Notes: generated from the letters alone by a model not told the origin. A DNA stretch of 64,000 nucleotides from an uncultured Methanobacteriaceae archaeon (GCA_963845285.1 CAWJRO010000016.1:53908-117907); one strand, 5' to 3'; numbered from the stretch's first letter, positions 11,351-24,671 are shown. A program made the numbers and translations.

Positions 11351-11518
11351 ATGGAAAATGAACAAAAAATGAAACAAATGAACCTGAAACTAACAGAAAA
11401 ACAACTTGATCTTTTGGAACAGCTCTCAAATTCAATGGGAAATGTTAGTAAATCAGATCTAATTAGAATAGCCATAACAGAATATATTATGAAATATAAT
11501 GATTTGTTGAAAGCATAA
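11351..11518 (+). CDS. ribbon-helix-helix (CopG/Arc family) DNA-binding protein
   Basis: 55-aa ORF missing from the supplied track (shorter than 60 aa). Translation MENEQKMKQMNLKLTEKQLDLLEQLSNSMGNVSKSDLIRIAITEYIMKYNDLLKA gives a beta-strand followed by two helices. Its stop is 1 bp before the TSD of the adjacent IS. Confidence 0.6.
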   Translation: MENEQKMKQMNLKLTEKQLDLLEQLSNSMGNVSKSDLIRIAITEYIMKYNDLLKA

Positions 11519-11526
11519 ATATGAAA

Positions 11527-12773
<1,247 letters not shown>

Positions 12774-13128
12774 ATATGAAATAGATTAAATTATTCAATT
12801 TATCTTATTTTACCATTTTTAAATTTTTTTTTCTAATATGTTCATAATCGTCTACTTATTTTATAACATTTTAAAGAGTTTTTAGAGGAATTATAATCTT
12901 AAATAATATTTAACCTTTTTTTTATTGCTATTTAAAAACATAATCTTTATAAGGAATATAGTAATACAATTGAATTGTAAGTAAATCTTTTTAGAAGATA
13001 TTTACTTGCTAATAATTAATAGGAGGAATTTAAATGTAATAAAAGTCTTTCTAAGTTTTATCGAAGATCAGTTTTTATATTTAGTTAAATACCCCCATAA
13101 TTTTAACAAATTATATTGAAGGTGAATC

Positions 13129-16100
13129 ATGAATAAAACAAGAAAAGGTTTAATTTTTATGGGTTTTCTCATGTTATTGATCCTTGTCATGGGGCCTGTT
13201 TCGGCGGTTAGTTTGAATAGTAGTGATATGGCCTTGGCTTCTTCAGGTATTAAAAATTATACTGAAGCAAATGGTAATATCCCAAGTTATGTGGACGTTA
13301 ATGGTAAAAATAGTACAACACCTTCTTTTTTAAAAAGTTTAACCACATATACAGTGGAACTTAATTCAGGCTCAACTGCACCAGTAGATATAGCTACAGG
13401 TGTGAATACGGCTCCTAATCCTTCTGGATCGACAACAGGTAAAATTTATAAGGACGAATATGTTGACATGGCTAGCCGTGCTAGTAATTTTATAACTACA
13501 AATGGATATGCTCCAAATTATTCCAGAAGCAGCCTTGGAAATATACGTTATGAATCATTGGTCTATGCCTATTCAAAGATAATAAATTATTATGCCCTGA
13601 ACGGAGCCTTACCTAATTATGTAACAGTAGTTTGCTATTCCGGTACAAGTTCAACAGGTATAACCTTAGATAACATTCCACCTACTATAACCTGTGACCT
13701 TGCTCCAGGTACATATGACAATTTGAAAAATGTGACTTTAACAGCATCAGATAACATTGATATTAATCCTATAGTTTACTACAGCTCGGACAATGGTACA
13801 ACATGGAGTAACCAGGTTAAAACTGTTACATTAAATCTTAAATCAGGGTTAACCAATTTAAAGTACTATGCACAAGATGCATCAGGCAATATAGGTACAA
13901 CACAAACAGCAGTTTATACAATCAATTCAAACACAACCCCACCAACAACCCTCACAAATGAAGATTTACAGGATTTAGCAGGATCTGTGCAGTCCTACGT
14001 AGAAACAGTTCACCAGCTACCCGGCAACATGACCACATCAAATACAACAGTTAACATGTCCCAATTTTTAGAACTTGCAGCTACAGCAGTTACTAACATC
14101 AACAACAACGTAACTACATCAATCTCATTAGAGAACTATTATCCGGCGTCTAATCCCTTAGAAACCATAAAAAGCAATGGAAATCTTAATAAAACAGATT
14201 ATATAAATCTTGCAAGCAGTGTTAAAACTTTTATGGATTCTAATGGACGAGCACCAGATTACCAGACAATTAATTTGGGAAACATAAGATATGAATCATT
14301 AATATATACTTTCGCCCAGATTTTAAACTCCTACAAAGTAGCAAAGGTCTTACCAAATTTTGTTACAATCAGGCCTTGGACAACCATTGCAAACAACAGC
14401 ACCGTGTTTGTAACCATGGATCAGATAAGAAATGCAGCTGATACAGTACAATCTTACGTAGAAACCAATCATCAACTACCAGACCATGTAGTTATCTCTG
14501 AATCTGATGTCAGTATGCCACAATTCCTGAAACTCGAAACAACATACTTAACAAATGCCAATGACAACCTTTACCAATCTATTGTTCTGCAAAATTATGG
14601 TACAGCTTCCAACCCCTACGAAAGTATCACAGGCGGAAATCTTAACAAAACAGATTATTTGAGCGCTGCAAGTGCTTTAAACACATTTATGGATACTAAT
14701 GGATTTGCACCAAATTATAAAACAAGTATACGAGGTTATATCCGCTATGAATCCCTGGTTTACATGTACGCTGAAATAATTAACTCAGCAAGCGAAAATA
14801 CATGTTTACCCAACTATATTACCCTCACGCCATGGACAACTGTTACAAACACGAACACCGTATTTTTAACCATGAACCAAATAAAAACAGCATCATCATC
14901 TCTGAAACTCTATGTAGAATCCCATCATGCACTCCCAGCAAATGTAAACATTTCTGGAAGGCTAATAAGCACACCTCAATTCTTGAAACTTGAAATCTTA
15001 TCATTAAGAAATATTTACTCAAGATTGTACCAATCCATTGTTCTTGAAAGTTATAACGCAGCTTCTAATCCTTCTGAAACAGTAACAAGCGGAAAGATCA
15101 ACTATGAAAACTACATGACTGTTGCAGACAATATTGATTCTTTTATGAACTCCAATGGTCAGGCACCAAACTACGCACAAACTTCACAAGGTCAAATGCG
15201 TTTTGAATCCTTAGTTTACATGTACGCCCAGATCTTGAACTATTACAACATGAACAAAGAACTTCCAATTTATTTGACTGTTGATCCGTGGAGTGTTGTT
15301 TCAAATTCGAACACAGTAACATTCAACATAGATCAGATAATCAGTGGAGCCGAAACCGTAAAAACTTATGTGGAAACCAATCATGCACTTCCAAGCAGTA
15401 TAACTGTATCAGGAACCACTTTAAGCATGCCACAGTTTCTGAGACTTGCAACCACAACGCTACACAATATAAACAAAGATTACGTAGGGCAGATCGTCCT
15501 ACAAAATTATAACTTGCCAACAGACACATCAGAAACCCTCACAGGCGGAAATTTCAACAAAACAGAATATTTAGATCTTGCAATGAAAGTTGAGTACTTC
15601 ATGTACAACAATGGGCGAGCACCCAACTTCCAAAATAGTACTCTTGGAAACATACGCTACCAATCATTAATCTACATGTACAGTCAAATTTTAAGCTCTT
15701 ACAAAGCAAATAATTACACACTACCCGAATTTATCACAATAAAACCATGGACAACCGTTTCAAACACAAACACAGTGTTCTTAAACACAGAACAATTAGA
15801 AAACGCAACAAAAACTTTGAAACAATATGTAGAAACCAATCACACACTTCCAAGTAATGTAACAGTTTCAGGAGTTCAAGTAACCATGCCACAGTTTTTA
15901 GAACTTCTAAATCAAGCTGTGGTAAATATAAACGGAAAGTTAAATGCAACAATTATTCTGGGAAACTACAATACAGCTTCCAACCCATCAGAAACAGTAA
16001 CAGGAGGAAATCTTAACACTACAACTTACATCAACCTTGCAAACGATATAATCAAATCCATGAATTCCAATGGTAAAGCACCTGATTATCAGACAACCAG

Positions 16101-19100
16101 TATTGGAAACATACGTTTTGAATCTTTGGTCTACACTTATTCCTTAATATTAGTCTACTACAATGAAAATGGAAATTTACCTGAAAATATCACCGTAACT
16201 CCATGGTCAACCATATCCAATACAAACACAAGCTTTTTCACAGTAAAACAGTTAGAAGATGCAGCAAAAACAGTACAAAATTATGTGGAAACTAACCATC
16301 AATTACCAAACACTGTTACAATCTCTGGAACTAATGTTAACATGTCTGAGTTCCTACAGATGGCAACTGCAGCAGTTTTAAACATAGACGATTCTTTATA
16401 CACATCAATTGCGCTTAAAAATTCAAGTATAGCTTCCAACCCCTCAGAAACCATCACAAAACAAGGAAACATTAACCAATCAGATTACACAAACTTGGCA
16501 AGCAACATAATCAGTTATATGAACTCTAATGGAAAAGCACCCGATTATCAAACAACTAACATTGGAAATATTAGATATGAAACTCTTGTTTACATGTACA
16601 GTCAGATATTAAGTTCTTACAATGCAACAAGTACACTACCGCAGTTTGTCACTGTAAATCAATGGACTGTTGTTTCAAATTCAAGCACGGTGTTTGTAAC
16701 AGCAGACGAGATAAAAAATGCATCTGAAACTCTCAAACAATATGTGGAAACCAATCATCAACTTCCAAGCAGCGTCAACATCTCAGGAAGACAAATAACA
16801 GTGCCACAGTTCCTTAAACTCTCAACTAACTCAGTTATAAACATTGAAAGCTACCTGAATACCTCAATAATTTTAGGCAATGTTGGAGCACCAAACAGTA
16901 ATTCAACAGAAAATATAACAATCGGAACAATAGATAACGACGAATTCGTGGACATAGCAACCACAATAAACACATATATAAATTCCAACGGAACGGTACC
17001 AAACAATGTTTCAAACACCAGTTTAGGAAGCAATATAGGCTATGAATCCCTTGTTTACATGTTTGCTAAGATCATGACATATTATAATGCAACAGAACAT
17101 GCCCCAGATAAGGTTTCGGTTGTGCCATGGATTGCAATGTCCAATCCAAATGGAACCTTCAACTTCAGAACCCATGAAACATACAATAGCATACAAACAG
17201 CTTTAGATGACGCAGACACAGTAAGCGGTGACACAATATGGCTAGAAAAAAATAACTACTCAGAAAACGTAGTAATAAACAAAAAAATTACCATAAAACC
17301 CCTATCAGGAAACGTAACAATCCAAGCTTTAAACCTTAACCTACCCATCTTCACAATAAATGAAGGTGGAAACGGCACAACAATACAGGACCTCATCATA
17401 AACGGTTCCACAAACAACATTGCCATATATATCAACAGCTCCACAGCCAACCAGATCTTGGGAAACAACATAACAAACAGCAGTAATGGCATATACTTGT
17501 ACAACTCTACAGAAACCGTAATATCCGGAAACAACATATTAAACAATCTAAACGGCGTACTCATCACTACAGGATCTGAAAATGAGGTATCCAGCAACAA
17601 AATAACCTCAAACAACTTTGCAGGAATCAAAATCCAAAATTCTACTAATAACAAAATTTACAGTAACAACTTATCCAATAACCAAGACGGAATCCGTCTA
17701 GAAAGCTCTTCAGCAGAGATTCACTTCAACAGCATAGTGGGAAACAGCAGATACAGATTATACAGTGAAAGTAACAGTACAGTTAACGCAACCAACAACT
17801 GGTGGGGCTCTAATAATCCAAATACATCCTTAAATAATCCAACTGATATTTACAATGCTGGAGGAACCGTAAACTACAACCCATGGTTAGTACTTTCTAT
17901 AAACGGACTCACAGATCGCTCAGACCGCAACAGCACATATTACAACTACATTATAACTGCAGACGTAACCCACAACAACCAGGGAAACGACACATCGCCA
18001 GATGGCAGTATACCTGATGATACACCAATCAACTTTAACTCAACCTTGGGAACACTTAACAGCACAGGATCCACCAAAAAAGGTAAAGTAGAACTCAAAC
18101 TTACCAACACAACAGCAGGAACAGCAGATGTTTCAGCAACCATCAATAACCAAACAGTTGCCACAACAATCAACGTAACAAACGTTAACGTACTGGGAGT
18201 GTACAACACCAGAACTCACGAAAGCTTCGCCACCATACAAGCAGCTATAGATAATGTTGACACCCATGACGGGGACATTTTAACATTAAACGAAGGAAAG
18301 TACACAGAAAATGTTGCTGTTAACAAGAAACTCACCATACAACCAGTTACAGGAGCGAACGTAACAGTTAATGCAAAAGACTCAGATAAAAGCGTTTTCG
18401 TAATAAACAACGAAGGAAGCGGATCAACAATACAAGGACTCAACATAATCAGCTCTGGAGACTCATACGGCATATCCTTAAGCCATTCATATAACAACAA
18501 TATCAACAACAACACCACATCTAACGGTAACAGGGGAATTTACGTATACACATCAGGAAACAACATCATAACAGAAAACATCATAAAAGAGGGTTACTAT
18601 GGAATAGTTCTCTACAACTCAACTAACAACAACTTATCAGGAAACACCGTGAAATACAATGAAAATGGAATATACCTTTTTAACTCCAATTACAACACAA
18701 TAAATGGAAATACAATATCTGACAATTATTATGGAAGCTACTTTTACCATTCCAATAACAACAAAATAAGTGAAAACAAATTAAAAGGTAACTGGGTAGG
18801 TATTTACCTTTATGATACCCACAACAACAGCGTAACTGGAAACAACCTCACAGACAACGGGGCTGGAATCACCTATTATAACTCTCTCAGCACCACAATC
18901 TCCGGAAACAATTTCACAAACAACTGGCTTACAGATACATCAATCATAGATTCTGGTAAAATGGTGATGGCCACTACCACTTACAGTTGCGGACCTGCAG
19001 CCCTAGCAACAATCCTAAAAAGCTTGGGAATTTACACCACAGAAGCTGAAATCGCCAAATTAGCAGGAACAGACGAAACAGGGACCAGTCTCTACGGACT

Positions 19101-19911
19101 GAAAACAGCAGCACAAAATAAGGGAACAACCGCAATAGGAGCAAAATTAACCATAGATCAACTTAAACCCAATTACATTGTAGTTCTAACCATAAATAAT
19201 GTCAAACACTTCGAAGTTGTACAGAACATAACTAACACCACAATTTACCTCTTCGACCCAAACCTTGGAAACATAGAAATGTCAATAACAAAATTCAATG
19301 AGATCTACACAGGAGTAGCACTCCTAATCAATGAACAACCACCAGCAAATACCACAACATTAACTGATGATGAAATGAAGAACATCAAAGGAAACTGGCA
19401 TTATATAACAATTAGAAATTCTTATTGGGTACCGGGTTATTGTTATATAACCTGGAAAAGAGTAACGGGTAGTTTTCTTGTACCATACGTCTACGTAACA
19501 TGGGTGCCAACTTACAACTGGGGTCCAATCCATTTAGGATATTATGCAGCTCATATAGGTTGGTATAGGGTAACCTATGGATTTTCAATACCAATAGTTC
19601 ACTACGTACCTGGTCACAGAGCATATTACTATACTTACATAAAAGTTCCGGATTATAATGACGTACCTCAAGTCAAGCAGTCTTATAAATGGGAAGGAAC
19701 AGCTATAGTCAAAAAACGTATTTACTATAGTAAATACATAATTGGAGGAAGTATAGGAATTTATGGTACTTTATTGGCCCCGTTAGCTGGTAAAGGCATA
19801 GTTGGTCTAGGTGGAGGTGCTTTTGGAATTGATGGACTTTGGACAGGTTTAAATGAATATGCATCACATTTAAATGAAATTGGCTCACAAGGATGGATAG
19901 ATCCAAAATAA
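13129..19911 (+). CDS. giant adhesin-like surface protein: signal peptide, ~9 pseudomurein-binding-type repeats, parallel beta-helix repeats, C39-like cysteine peptidase domain
   Basis: 2260 aa with an N-terminal signal peptide. About nine ~150-aa repeats (…QSYVETNHQLP…MPQFL…ASNPSET…GNIRYESLVYMY…), typical of Methanobacteriales adhesin-like proteins. Between 17.2 and 18.9 kb there are PbH1-type NNxxxxNxxGI(Y/V)L repeats. A C39-like block has SCGPAALATIL...Cys and HFEVV His. A Tyr/Trp-rich C-terminus follows. An upstream purine-rich GAAGGTGA motif and TATA-like box are present. Confidence 0.85.
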   Translation: MNKTRKGLIFMGFLMLLILVMGPVSAVSLNSSDMALASSGIKNYTEANGNIPSYVDVNGKNSTTPSFLKSLTTYTVELNSGSTAPVDIATGVNTAPNPSGSTTGKIYKDEYVDMASRASNFITTNGYAPNYSRSSLGNIRYESLVYAYSKIINYYALNGALPNYVTVVCYSGTSSTGITLDNIPPTITCDLAPGTYDNLKNVTLTASDNIDINPIVYYSSDNGTTWSNQVKTVTLNLKSGLTNLKYYAQDASGNIGTTQTAVYTINSNTTPPTTLTNEDLQDLAGSVQSYVETVHQLPGNMTTSNTTVNMSQFLELAATAVTNINNNVTTSISLENYYPASNPLETIKSNGNLNKTDYINLASSVKTFMDSNGRAPDYQTINLGNIRYESLIYTFAQILNSYKVAKVLPNFVTIRPWTTIANNSTVFVTMDQIRNAADTVQSYVETNHQLPDHVVISESDVSMPQFLKLETTYLTNANDNLYQSIVLQNYGTASNPYESITGGNLNKTDYLSAASALNTFMDTNGFAPNYKTSIRGYIRYESLVYMYAEIINSASENTCLPNYITLTPWTTVTNTNTVFLTMNQIKTASSSLKLYVESHHALPANVNISGRLISTPQFLKLEILSLRNIYSRLYQSIVLESYNAASNPSETVTSGKINYENYMTVADNIDSFMNSNGQAPNYAQTSQGQMRFESLVYMYAQILNYYNMNKELPIYLTVDPWSVVSNSNTVTFNIDQIISGAETVKTYVETNHALPSSITVSGTTLSMPQFLRLATTTLHNINKDYVGQIVLQNYNLPTDTSETLTGGNFNKTEYLDLAMKVEYFMYNNGRAPNFQNSTLGNIRYQSLIYMYSQILSSYKANNYTLPEFITIKPWTTVSNTNTVFLNTEQLENATKTLKQYVETNHTLPSNVTVSGVQVTMPQFLELLNQAVVNINGKLNATIILGNYNTASNPSETVTGGNLNTTTYINLANDIIKSMNSNGKAPDYQTTSIGNIRFESLVYTYSLILVYYNENGNLPENITVTPWSTISNTNTSFFTVKQLEDAAKTVQNYVETNHQLPNTVTISGTNVNMSEFLQMATAAVLNIDDSLYTSIALKNSSIASNPSETITKQGNINQSDYTNLASNIISYMNSNGKAPDYQTTNIGNIRYETLVYMYSQILSSYNATSTLPQFVTVNQWTVVSNSSTVFVTADEIKNASETLKQYVETNHQLPSSVNISGRQITVPQFLKLSTNSVINIESYLNTSIILGNVGAPNSNSTENITIGTIDNDEFVDIATTINTYINSNGTVPNNVSNTSLGSNIGYESLVYMFAKIMTYYNATEHAPDKVSVVPWIAMSNPNGTFNFRTHETYNSIQTALDDADTVSGDTIWLEKNNYSENVVINKKITIKPLSGNVTIQALNLNLPIFTINEGGNGTTIQDLIINGSTNNIAIYINSSTANQILGNNITNSSNGIYLYNSTETVISGNNILNNLNGVLITTGSENEVSSNKITSNNFAGIKIQNSTNNKIYSNNLSNNQDGIRLESSSAEIHFNSIVGNSRYRLYSESNSTVNATNNWWGSNNPNTSLNNPTDIYNAGGTVNYNPWLVLSINGLTDRSDRNSTYYNYIITADVTHNNQGNDTSPDGSIPDDTPINFNSTLGTLNSTGSTKKGKVELKLTNTTAGTADVSATINNQTVATTINVTNVNVLGVYNTRTHESFATIQAAIDNVDTHDGDILTLNEGKYTENVAVNKKLTIQPVTGANVTVNAKDSDKSVFVINNEGSGSTIQGLNIISSGDSYGISLSHSYNNNINNNTTSNGNRGIYVYTSGNNIITENIIKEGYYGIVLYNSTNNNLSGNTVKYNENGIYLFNSNYNTINGNTISDNYYGSYFYHSNNNKISENKLKGNWVGIYLYDTHNNSVTGNNLTDNGAGITYYNSLSTTISGNNFTNNWLTDTSIIDSGKMVMATTTYSCGPAALATILKSLGIYTTEAEIAKLAGTDETGTSLYGLKTAAQNKGTTAIGAKLTIDQLKPNYIVVLTINNVKHFEVVQNITNTTIYLFDPNLGNIEMSITKFNEIYTGVALLINEQPPANTTTLTDDEMKNIKGNWHYITIRNSYWVPGYCYITWKRVTGSFLVPYVYVTWVPTYNWGPIHLGYYAAHIGWYRVTYGFSIPIVHYVPGHRAYYYTYIKVPDYNDVPQVKQSYKWEGTAIVKKRIYYSKYIIGGSIGIYGTLLAPLAGKGIVGLGGGAFGIDGLWTGLNEYASHLNEIGSQGWIDPK

Positions 19912-19963
19912 TTAGGATTTATTTATTTTTTTATTTTTTTTAAGGTATAGGAGATGGTTTATA

Positions 19964-20293
19964 GTGTTAAATGTGAAAAATAGGGTATTGTTATGGATTC
20001 TTTTGTTGGTAGTGTGTTTGATAAACTTTTTTAGTTCTAAAATTATGATTTTTGCAAATGGTGCTTTAATGATTTGTGCGATATCTTTCATTATTTTGGA
20101 TTCTGTGGATGAAAATTATCATGGAAAATTATCAATGGGAATTGCTTTTTTACTTTTATTATATGTTTTAATTTGGATTTTACTGAATAAAATAACTGCA
20201 GAAGTGTTAATTGCTTTAATAATTTTGGTTTTTTATATAATTATCAGGATCTTAATGTTTTTAGATATAATTCCAAAAAATATTTTAAATTAA
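19964..20293 (+). CDS. small membrane protein (hypothetical)
   Basis: 109-aa ORF with 3 predicted TM helices, immediately downstream of the adhesin gene. A GGAG motif is upstream. Confidence 0.4.
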   Translation: MLNVKNRVLLWILLLVVCLINFFSSKIMIFANGALMICAISFIILDSVDENYHGKLSMGIAFLLLLYVLIWILLNKITAEVLIALIILVFYIIIRILMFLDIIPKNILN

Positions 20294-20847
20294 TTAACGT
20301 TCTAGGGGATATATTTCCTTATATTTTTTCTTTTTCTTCTTTTCCAAGTGTGGAACAAGAAAAAAAATTTCTACAAACGGATTGAAAAAAATCCATTTCA
20401 GATTCCATATCCGTTTTCTGTTACACCAAATGTCTTATTTTAACAACATTGAATTTATTAACATTAAACGGAAAAGGATAGATTAATACACATCTAAAAC
20501 CAAATAATCAGATAGATCTAGTTAAATAAAAGGTAAAAATGTGATTAATATTAAAGATCATAAAAGTATGTTTATAGGACATGTAAAGTAAAGAAAAAAG
20601 TTCTATCTATAAATTATAAAACAAATTATATTTAATAATAACTTTTAAGACAGTTTTAAATTTGAGATAAACTTAAAAATTTAAAAGTATTATGGAGACC
20701 TTCATGAAAATATTAAAATTGTAAGTATTGAAATATCAAATGTGAATTTACCAATTGAAATTCCATTTAAAAAGTGTAGATTCATTCAGTTTACACCAAT
20801 GACTAAAAAAAAGTTGTAGATTTAATTTTATACAAGGATCTTATCCC

Positions 20848-22800
20848 TTGAAAAATGGTGATCTTGTGCGTCCACCATACTTACCAATAGTACCCGAAAA
20901 AATTCCAGAAACATCCTATTTACTGGCATTATACGCCTTAATAGGCGTGGTCCTATTAATAGCCTACGGCATTATTGGATCCACTTATATAATGGATTTA
21001 GATCCGATCAATGCCCTTTATTTCACTGTACAGACCATAGCAACCGTGGGTTTTGGTGATATCAAACCTATAACTCCTATCCAAAAGATTTTTACCGTGA
21101 CTCTGGTTCTTGGAGGAGTAGGATTACTTGCATACGCATTTACATTAACAATAACGGTGGTTACAATGGCAGTTGAAGAAATCACATCTGGCGCTAAACA
21201 AAGGCGACTGATAGCCGCTACAAAAGACCATTTCGTCCTCTGCGGCTATGGAAGAGTAGGTGGCGCTGTCCATAAAGAGCTTAAAAAAAGAAATAGAAAT
21301 GTAATAATAATTGAAAGGAATAAAGACATAGTTGAAAAGGAGTTATGGGAAGATCCTGATGTTCTGGCCATTCCTGGCGATGCCACAGATGAAAACGTGA
21401 TGATAGAATCAGGTATAAAAAAAGCCCGTGGAGTTATAATAACAACAGGAGACGATGTTGACAACCTTTTCATAACATTAACAGCAAGGGAGCTGCATCC
21501 TGAGATATGGATAGTCACAAGGGCCAGTAAAAAGGAGAATATCCGCAGATTATACCGTTCAGGTGCTGATAAGGTCATATCCCCCGAGGCAAGTGGAGCT
21601 GAAGATATTTATTTTGCTGCAATGGAACCCACCATAATGAAGATCACCGAGATACACGGTGTTGCAGATATAAAAAAGGAAGCAGAGATCATCCTGAAAC
21701 ACGGCTGCACCCTTGAAAACATAGAGTACCATCTGCCTGAATTCAAGGAACCTCTTGCAAGAAAGATTGGAGTGTCCAAAATAAACCAACTGAACAGATT
21801 TTTAAGCAGTTTAGAACGTGACATAAACCGAAAAAAATCTTTAGAGAAAATATATGAATCTGTAAGTGGAATTCACTCCCACTGGATCTCAGGACCTACA
21901 AAAGAAAGTTTGGATAAAGTTGCTGAGGAACTTAAAAAAGAGGGATTTTTACTTGGCATCAACCTCAATGAAGAAGAGATAAAAGATGCTGTGAAAAAGC
22001 ATGGAAAACTCGTTGAGGTGGTCTTAAAACCTGAGATGAAGATCACAGAAATCCACGATGTTACAGACATACGGGAAGAAGCTGAAGTCATTCTGAAACA
22101 CGGCTGCACCCTTGAAAACATAGAATATTACCTACCCGGGTTCCATGAACCATTAAAAAGAAAGGTTGGTCTTTCAGAGGTAAATGACATGGACAGGTTT
22201 TTAAAACATTTAAATCAGGATTCTGCACGAATGGATGCTCTTGAAAGACTTTACACAATTTCAGGAGGGGGAATTCATTCACACAAGATCTCCGGGCCAG
22301 ACACCAAAAGTCTCGATAAAATCGAATTTGAATTAACTAAAAAAGGATTTCTTTTAGGTTTGAACCTCTCGCACAATGAGATACTGGAGAAAATTCGGGA
22401 GTATGGAAGGGTCAGTGAAATGCTCATGAAACATGATGTCGGCATTATCGATGACAAACGTGTGATAGTAGAGTTAGGCGGTCGAGTACTCGATTCAAAA
22501 CATTATCTTCCAGGTGTAAGACAGGTTGTAACCAGAAAACTCTATTTGAAAAATAAGGAAGATCTTAAAAGGTGTGAAGAGGAGTACAACAAACCCGATG
22601 CAAGAAGGTCTTTAACAGCCCTCTATGAAATATCGCGACACATACATTCCCATACAATTTCAGCTCCAGATGTTAAGACCATTAAAAAGATAGAAAAAGC
22701 TCTTGATAAACAGAGCATACTTTTAGGTGTTGATCTGCCCGAAGATGAAATATGGAAAATCGTTGAAAGTGAGAATTCCAAAGAATTCTGTGTGGAATAA
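20848..22800 (+). CDS. MthK-like K+ channel: 2TM pore (TVGFGD) + RCK/TrkA-N domain + three tandem ~125-aa repeats of an unknown domain
   Basis: M1-P-M2 with selectivity filter TVGFGD. Rossmann motif [12 protein letters not shown]. The C-terminal half carries three copies of a module with conserved [22 protein letters not shown] and GFLLG-NL segments. The first two copies are also near-identical at the DNA level (around 21690 and 22085). Confidence 0.8.
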   Translation: MKNGDLVRPPYLPIVPEKIPETSYLLALYALIGVVLLIAYGIIGSTYIMDLDPINALYFTVQTIATVGFGDIKPITPIQKIFTVTLVLGGVGLLAYAFTLTITVVTMAVEEITSGAKQRRLIAATKDHFVLCGYGRVGGAVHKELKKRNRNVIIIERNKDIVEKELWEDPDVLAIPGDATDENVMIESGIKKARGVIITTGDDVDNLFITLTARELHPEIWIVTRASKKENIRRLYRSGADKVISPEASGAEDIYFAAMEPTIMKITEIHGVADIKKEAEIILKHGCTLENIEYHLPEFKEPLARKIGVSKINQLNRFLSSLERDINRKKSLEKIYESVSGIHSHWISGPTKESLDKVAEELKKEGFLLGINLNEEEIKDAVKKHGKLVEVVLKPEMKITEIHDVTDIREEAEVILKHGCTLENIEYYLPGFHEPLKRKVGLSEVNDMDRFLKHLNQDSARMDALERLYTISGGGIHSHKISGPDTKSLDKIEFELTKKGFLLGLNLSHNEILEKIREYGRVSEMLMKHDVGIIDDKRVIVELGGRVLDSKHYLPGVRQVVTRKLYLKNKEDLKRCEEEYNKPDARRSLTALYEISRHIHSHTISAPDVKTIKKIEKALDKQSILLGVDLPEDEIWKIVESENSKEFCVE

Positions 22801-22910
22801 TTCCATATTTCTTGGTTATTCTTATTTTTAAAAAATCCACTTTAAAAAATCAGTTCTCATTGATAATATAGGAATATAAAACTTTAATTGTAAATTTCTT
22901 GAAAATTTAA

Positions 22911-24671
22911 GAGGCTGTCTCATGATTGACTTTTTTTTGGATTTTCTTTTCTGATTTTTTTCCTTTTAAGGGTTATATTTATATTTAAGGTGTTACTATA
23001 TTTTATTTAGAGATTTATAGTTTTTTGGTGGTGTTTTTTATGGCTTTGAGAGAAGATAGGATTGGTCAGACTTGGTTGGTGCCTAGGCGTGTTATGGATT
23101 TTATTCCGGAAAATCATATTTGTTATTTTATTGCTAATTTGGTGGAAGAGTTAGATTTTAAAAAAATAGACCAGAGATACAGGTGCACTAAGGGTAAGGC
23201 AGCTTATTCTCGCCGAATGTTATTGAGAGTGGTTATTATGGCTTCGGTTGATGGTGTGTTTTCATCTAGGCGGGTTGCAAGGCTTGCGGAGGAAAATGTG
23301 ATTTATATGTATCTTTCAGGTATGGATAAGCCGGATTTCCATACAATTTGCAGATTTAAAATCGAATGCAGCAAACAAATTGAAGAAGCGTTTGAAATGA
23401 CTGTGAATGTTGCTAAAAATATGGATATGGTTCAATTGAACCATATCGCAATAGATGGTACTAAAATCAAAGCTAACGCTTCCCCAGCTAATCTAATTAA
23501 TCAAAAAGAAATACATACAGTTCGTCAGATATTAAAAAAAGGAATAAAAACCGACAAGAAAGAAAACAAAATTTACGGCAATAAAAGAGGTGACGAAATA
23601 CCACCAGAACTAACCAACCGTAAAAAAGTCCACGAAATAATCCAAAAACTAAAAAACCAAACCAAAACCACTAATGAAAATAATGCTCCTAAAGAGGAGA
23701 ATAAGCTGCATAGATCTTCAGTTAAGCTTCTGGAACGGGCCTGTTCCGGTAGTCCGGAAAAGGATCGTGTTTTGAAAAAATTGGATCATGCTGAAAGGGA
23801 GTTAGAAAAGACACCACAAAAGACTGTTAGTTTAACAGACCCTGAATCACGGTGGATGATGAATAAAAAGAATCGAATGGAACTTTCATATAATATGCAA
23901 ATCGCAGTGGATTATGATTCAGGAATCATACTCGCCAGCACCATAACACAAGACCCTACAGACCACCACCAACTAATACCACAAATAGAACAAATACAAG
24001 AAACAATAGGACCCTTACCCAATTATACAAAGATTAGCGCAGATAACGGGTATTTTACACAAACAAATCTACAATATCTAGAAGAAAATGGATTAGATGG
24101 TTACATACCTAACAGAAAACAGGCACATAAACATAAAAACAAGTTAAAAAAGGATAAACTATTTTCCAAGTACAATTTCAAATATAATCATGTCGAAGAC
24201 ATTTATATTTGTCCAAATAACAGAAAATTAACTTATAAAAAGACATATGAGTATAATAACACTTGTATGCGCCAATATTATTGTAATGATTGTTTAAAAT
24301 GTTCATATCAGACATTATGTGCTGGTAAGAATCGTTTTAGGATTATAACTGATTATGGTGGTGTTTTATCAAAGCGTATGGCTTTGAAAATGGAAACAAA
24401 TCAAGGCAAGGAAGAGTTTGGTAAACGAAAACAGACCGTTGAATGGCCATTTGGGAATATAAAAGAGAATTTAAGATACACAGAGTTCCTAACACGCGGC
24501 ATGAACGGAATAAAAACAGAAAAAAACCTAATTAACATCTCACATAACATAAAAAGAATCTATAATCATAATAATTCTAAAATAAATAGGCAAAATCAAA
24601 TAAATACCTGAAAAAAGAGGATTTTTTATAAAAACTTAAAAAATTAAAAACTTAATTCATGAGACAACCTC
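22911..24671 (+). mobile_element. IS element copy B (IS5/IS1182-like, 1761 bp)
   Basis: Left TIR GAGGCTGTCTCATGATTGAC at 22911. Right end TCATGAGACAACCTC at 24671. Identical to copy C over its whole length. Confidence 0.85.
23025..24611 (+). CDS. DDE transposase (DUF772 N-terminal domain, IS5/IS1182-like), copy B
   Basis: 528 aa. [15 protein letters not shown]...[10 protein letters not shown]... with C-terminal DDE and CxxC region. Confidence 0.85.
   Translation: MVVFFMALREDRIGQTWLVPRRVMDFIPENHICYFIANLVEELDFKKIDQRYRCTKGKAAYSRRMLLRVVIMASVDGVFSSRRVARLAEENVIYMYLSGMDKPDFHTICRFKIECSKQIEEAFEMTVNVAKNMDMVQLNHIAIDGTKIKANASPANLINQKEIHTVRQILKKGIKTDKKENKIYGNKRGDEIPPELTNRKKVHEIIQKLKNQTKTTNENNAPKEENKLHRSSVKLLERACSGSPEKDRVLKKLDHAERELEKTPQKTVSLTDPESRWMMNKKNRMELSYNMQIAVDYDSGIILASTITQDPTDHHQLIPQIEQIQETIGPLPNYTKISADNGYFTQTNLQYLEENGLDGYIPNRKQAHKHKNKLKKDKLFSKYNFKYNHVEDIYICPNNRKLTYKKTYEYNNTCMRQYYCNDCLKCSYQTLCAGKNRFRIITDYGGVLSKRMALKMETNQGKEEFGKRKQTVEWPFGNIKENLRYTEFLTRGMNGIKTEKNLINISHNIKRIYNHNNSKINRQNQINT

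Noticed and set aside
14802-19906. Numerous short sense and antisense ORFs inside the adhesin gene
   Set aside because: All are embedded in the single 2260-aa ORF. They arise from the repetitive low-stop content of the repeat region.
21246-22457. Six minus-strand ORFs within the K+ channel gene, two of them mutually similar
   Set aside because: Artefacts of the internal tandem duplication in the channel gene. The similarity between them simply mirrors the sense-strand repeat.
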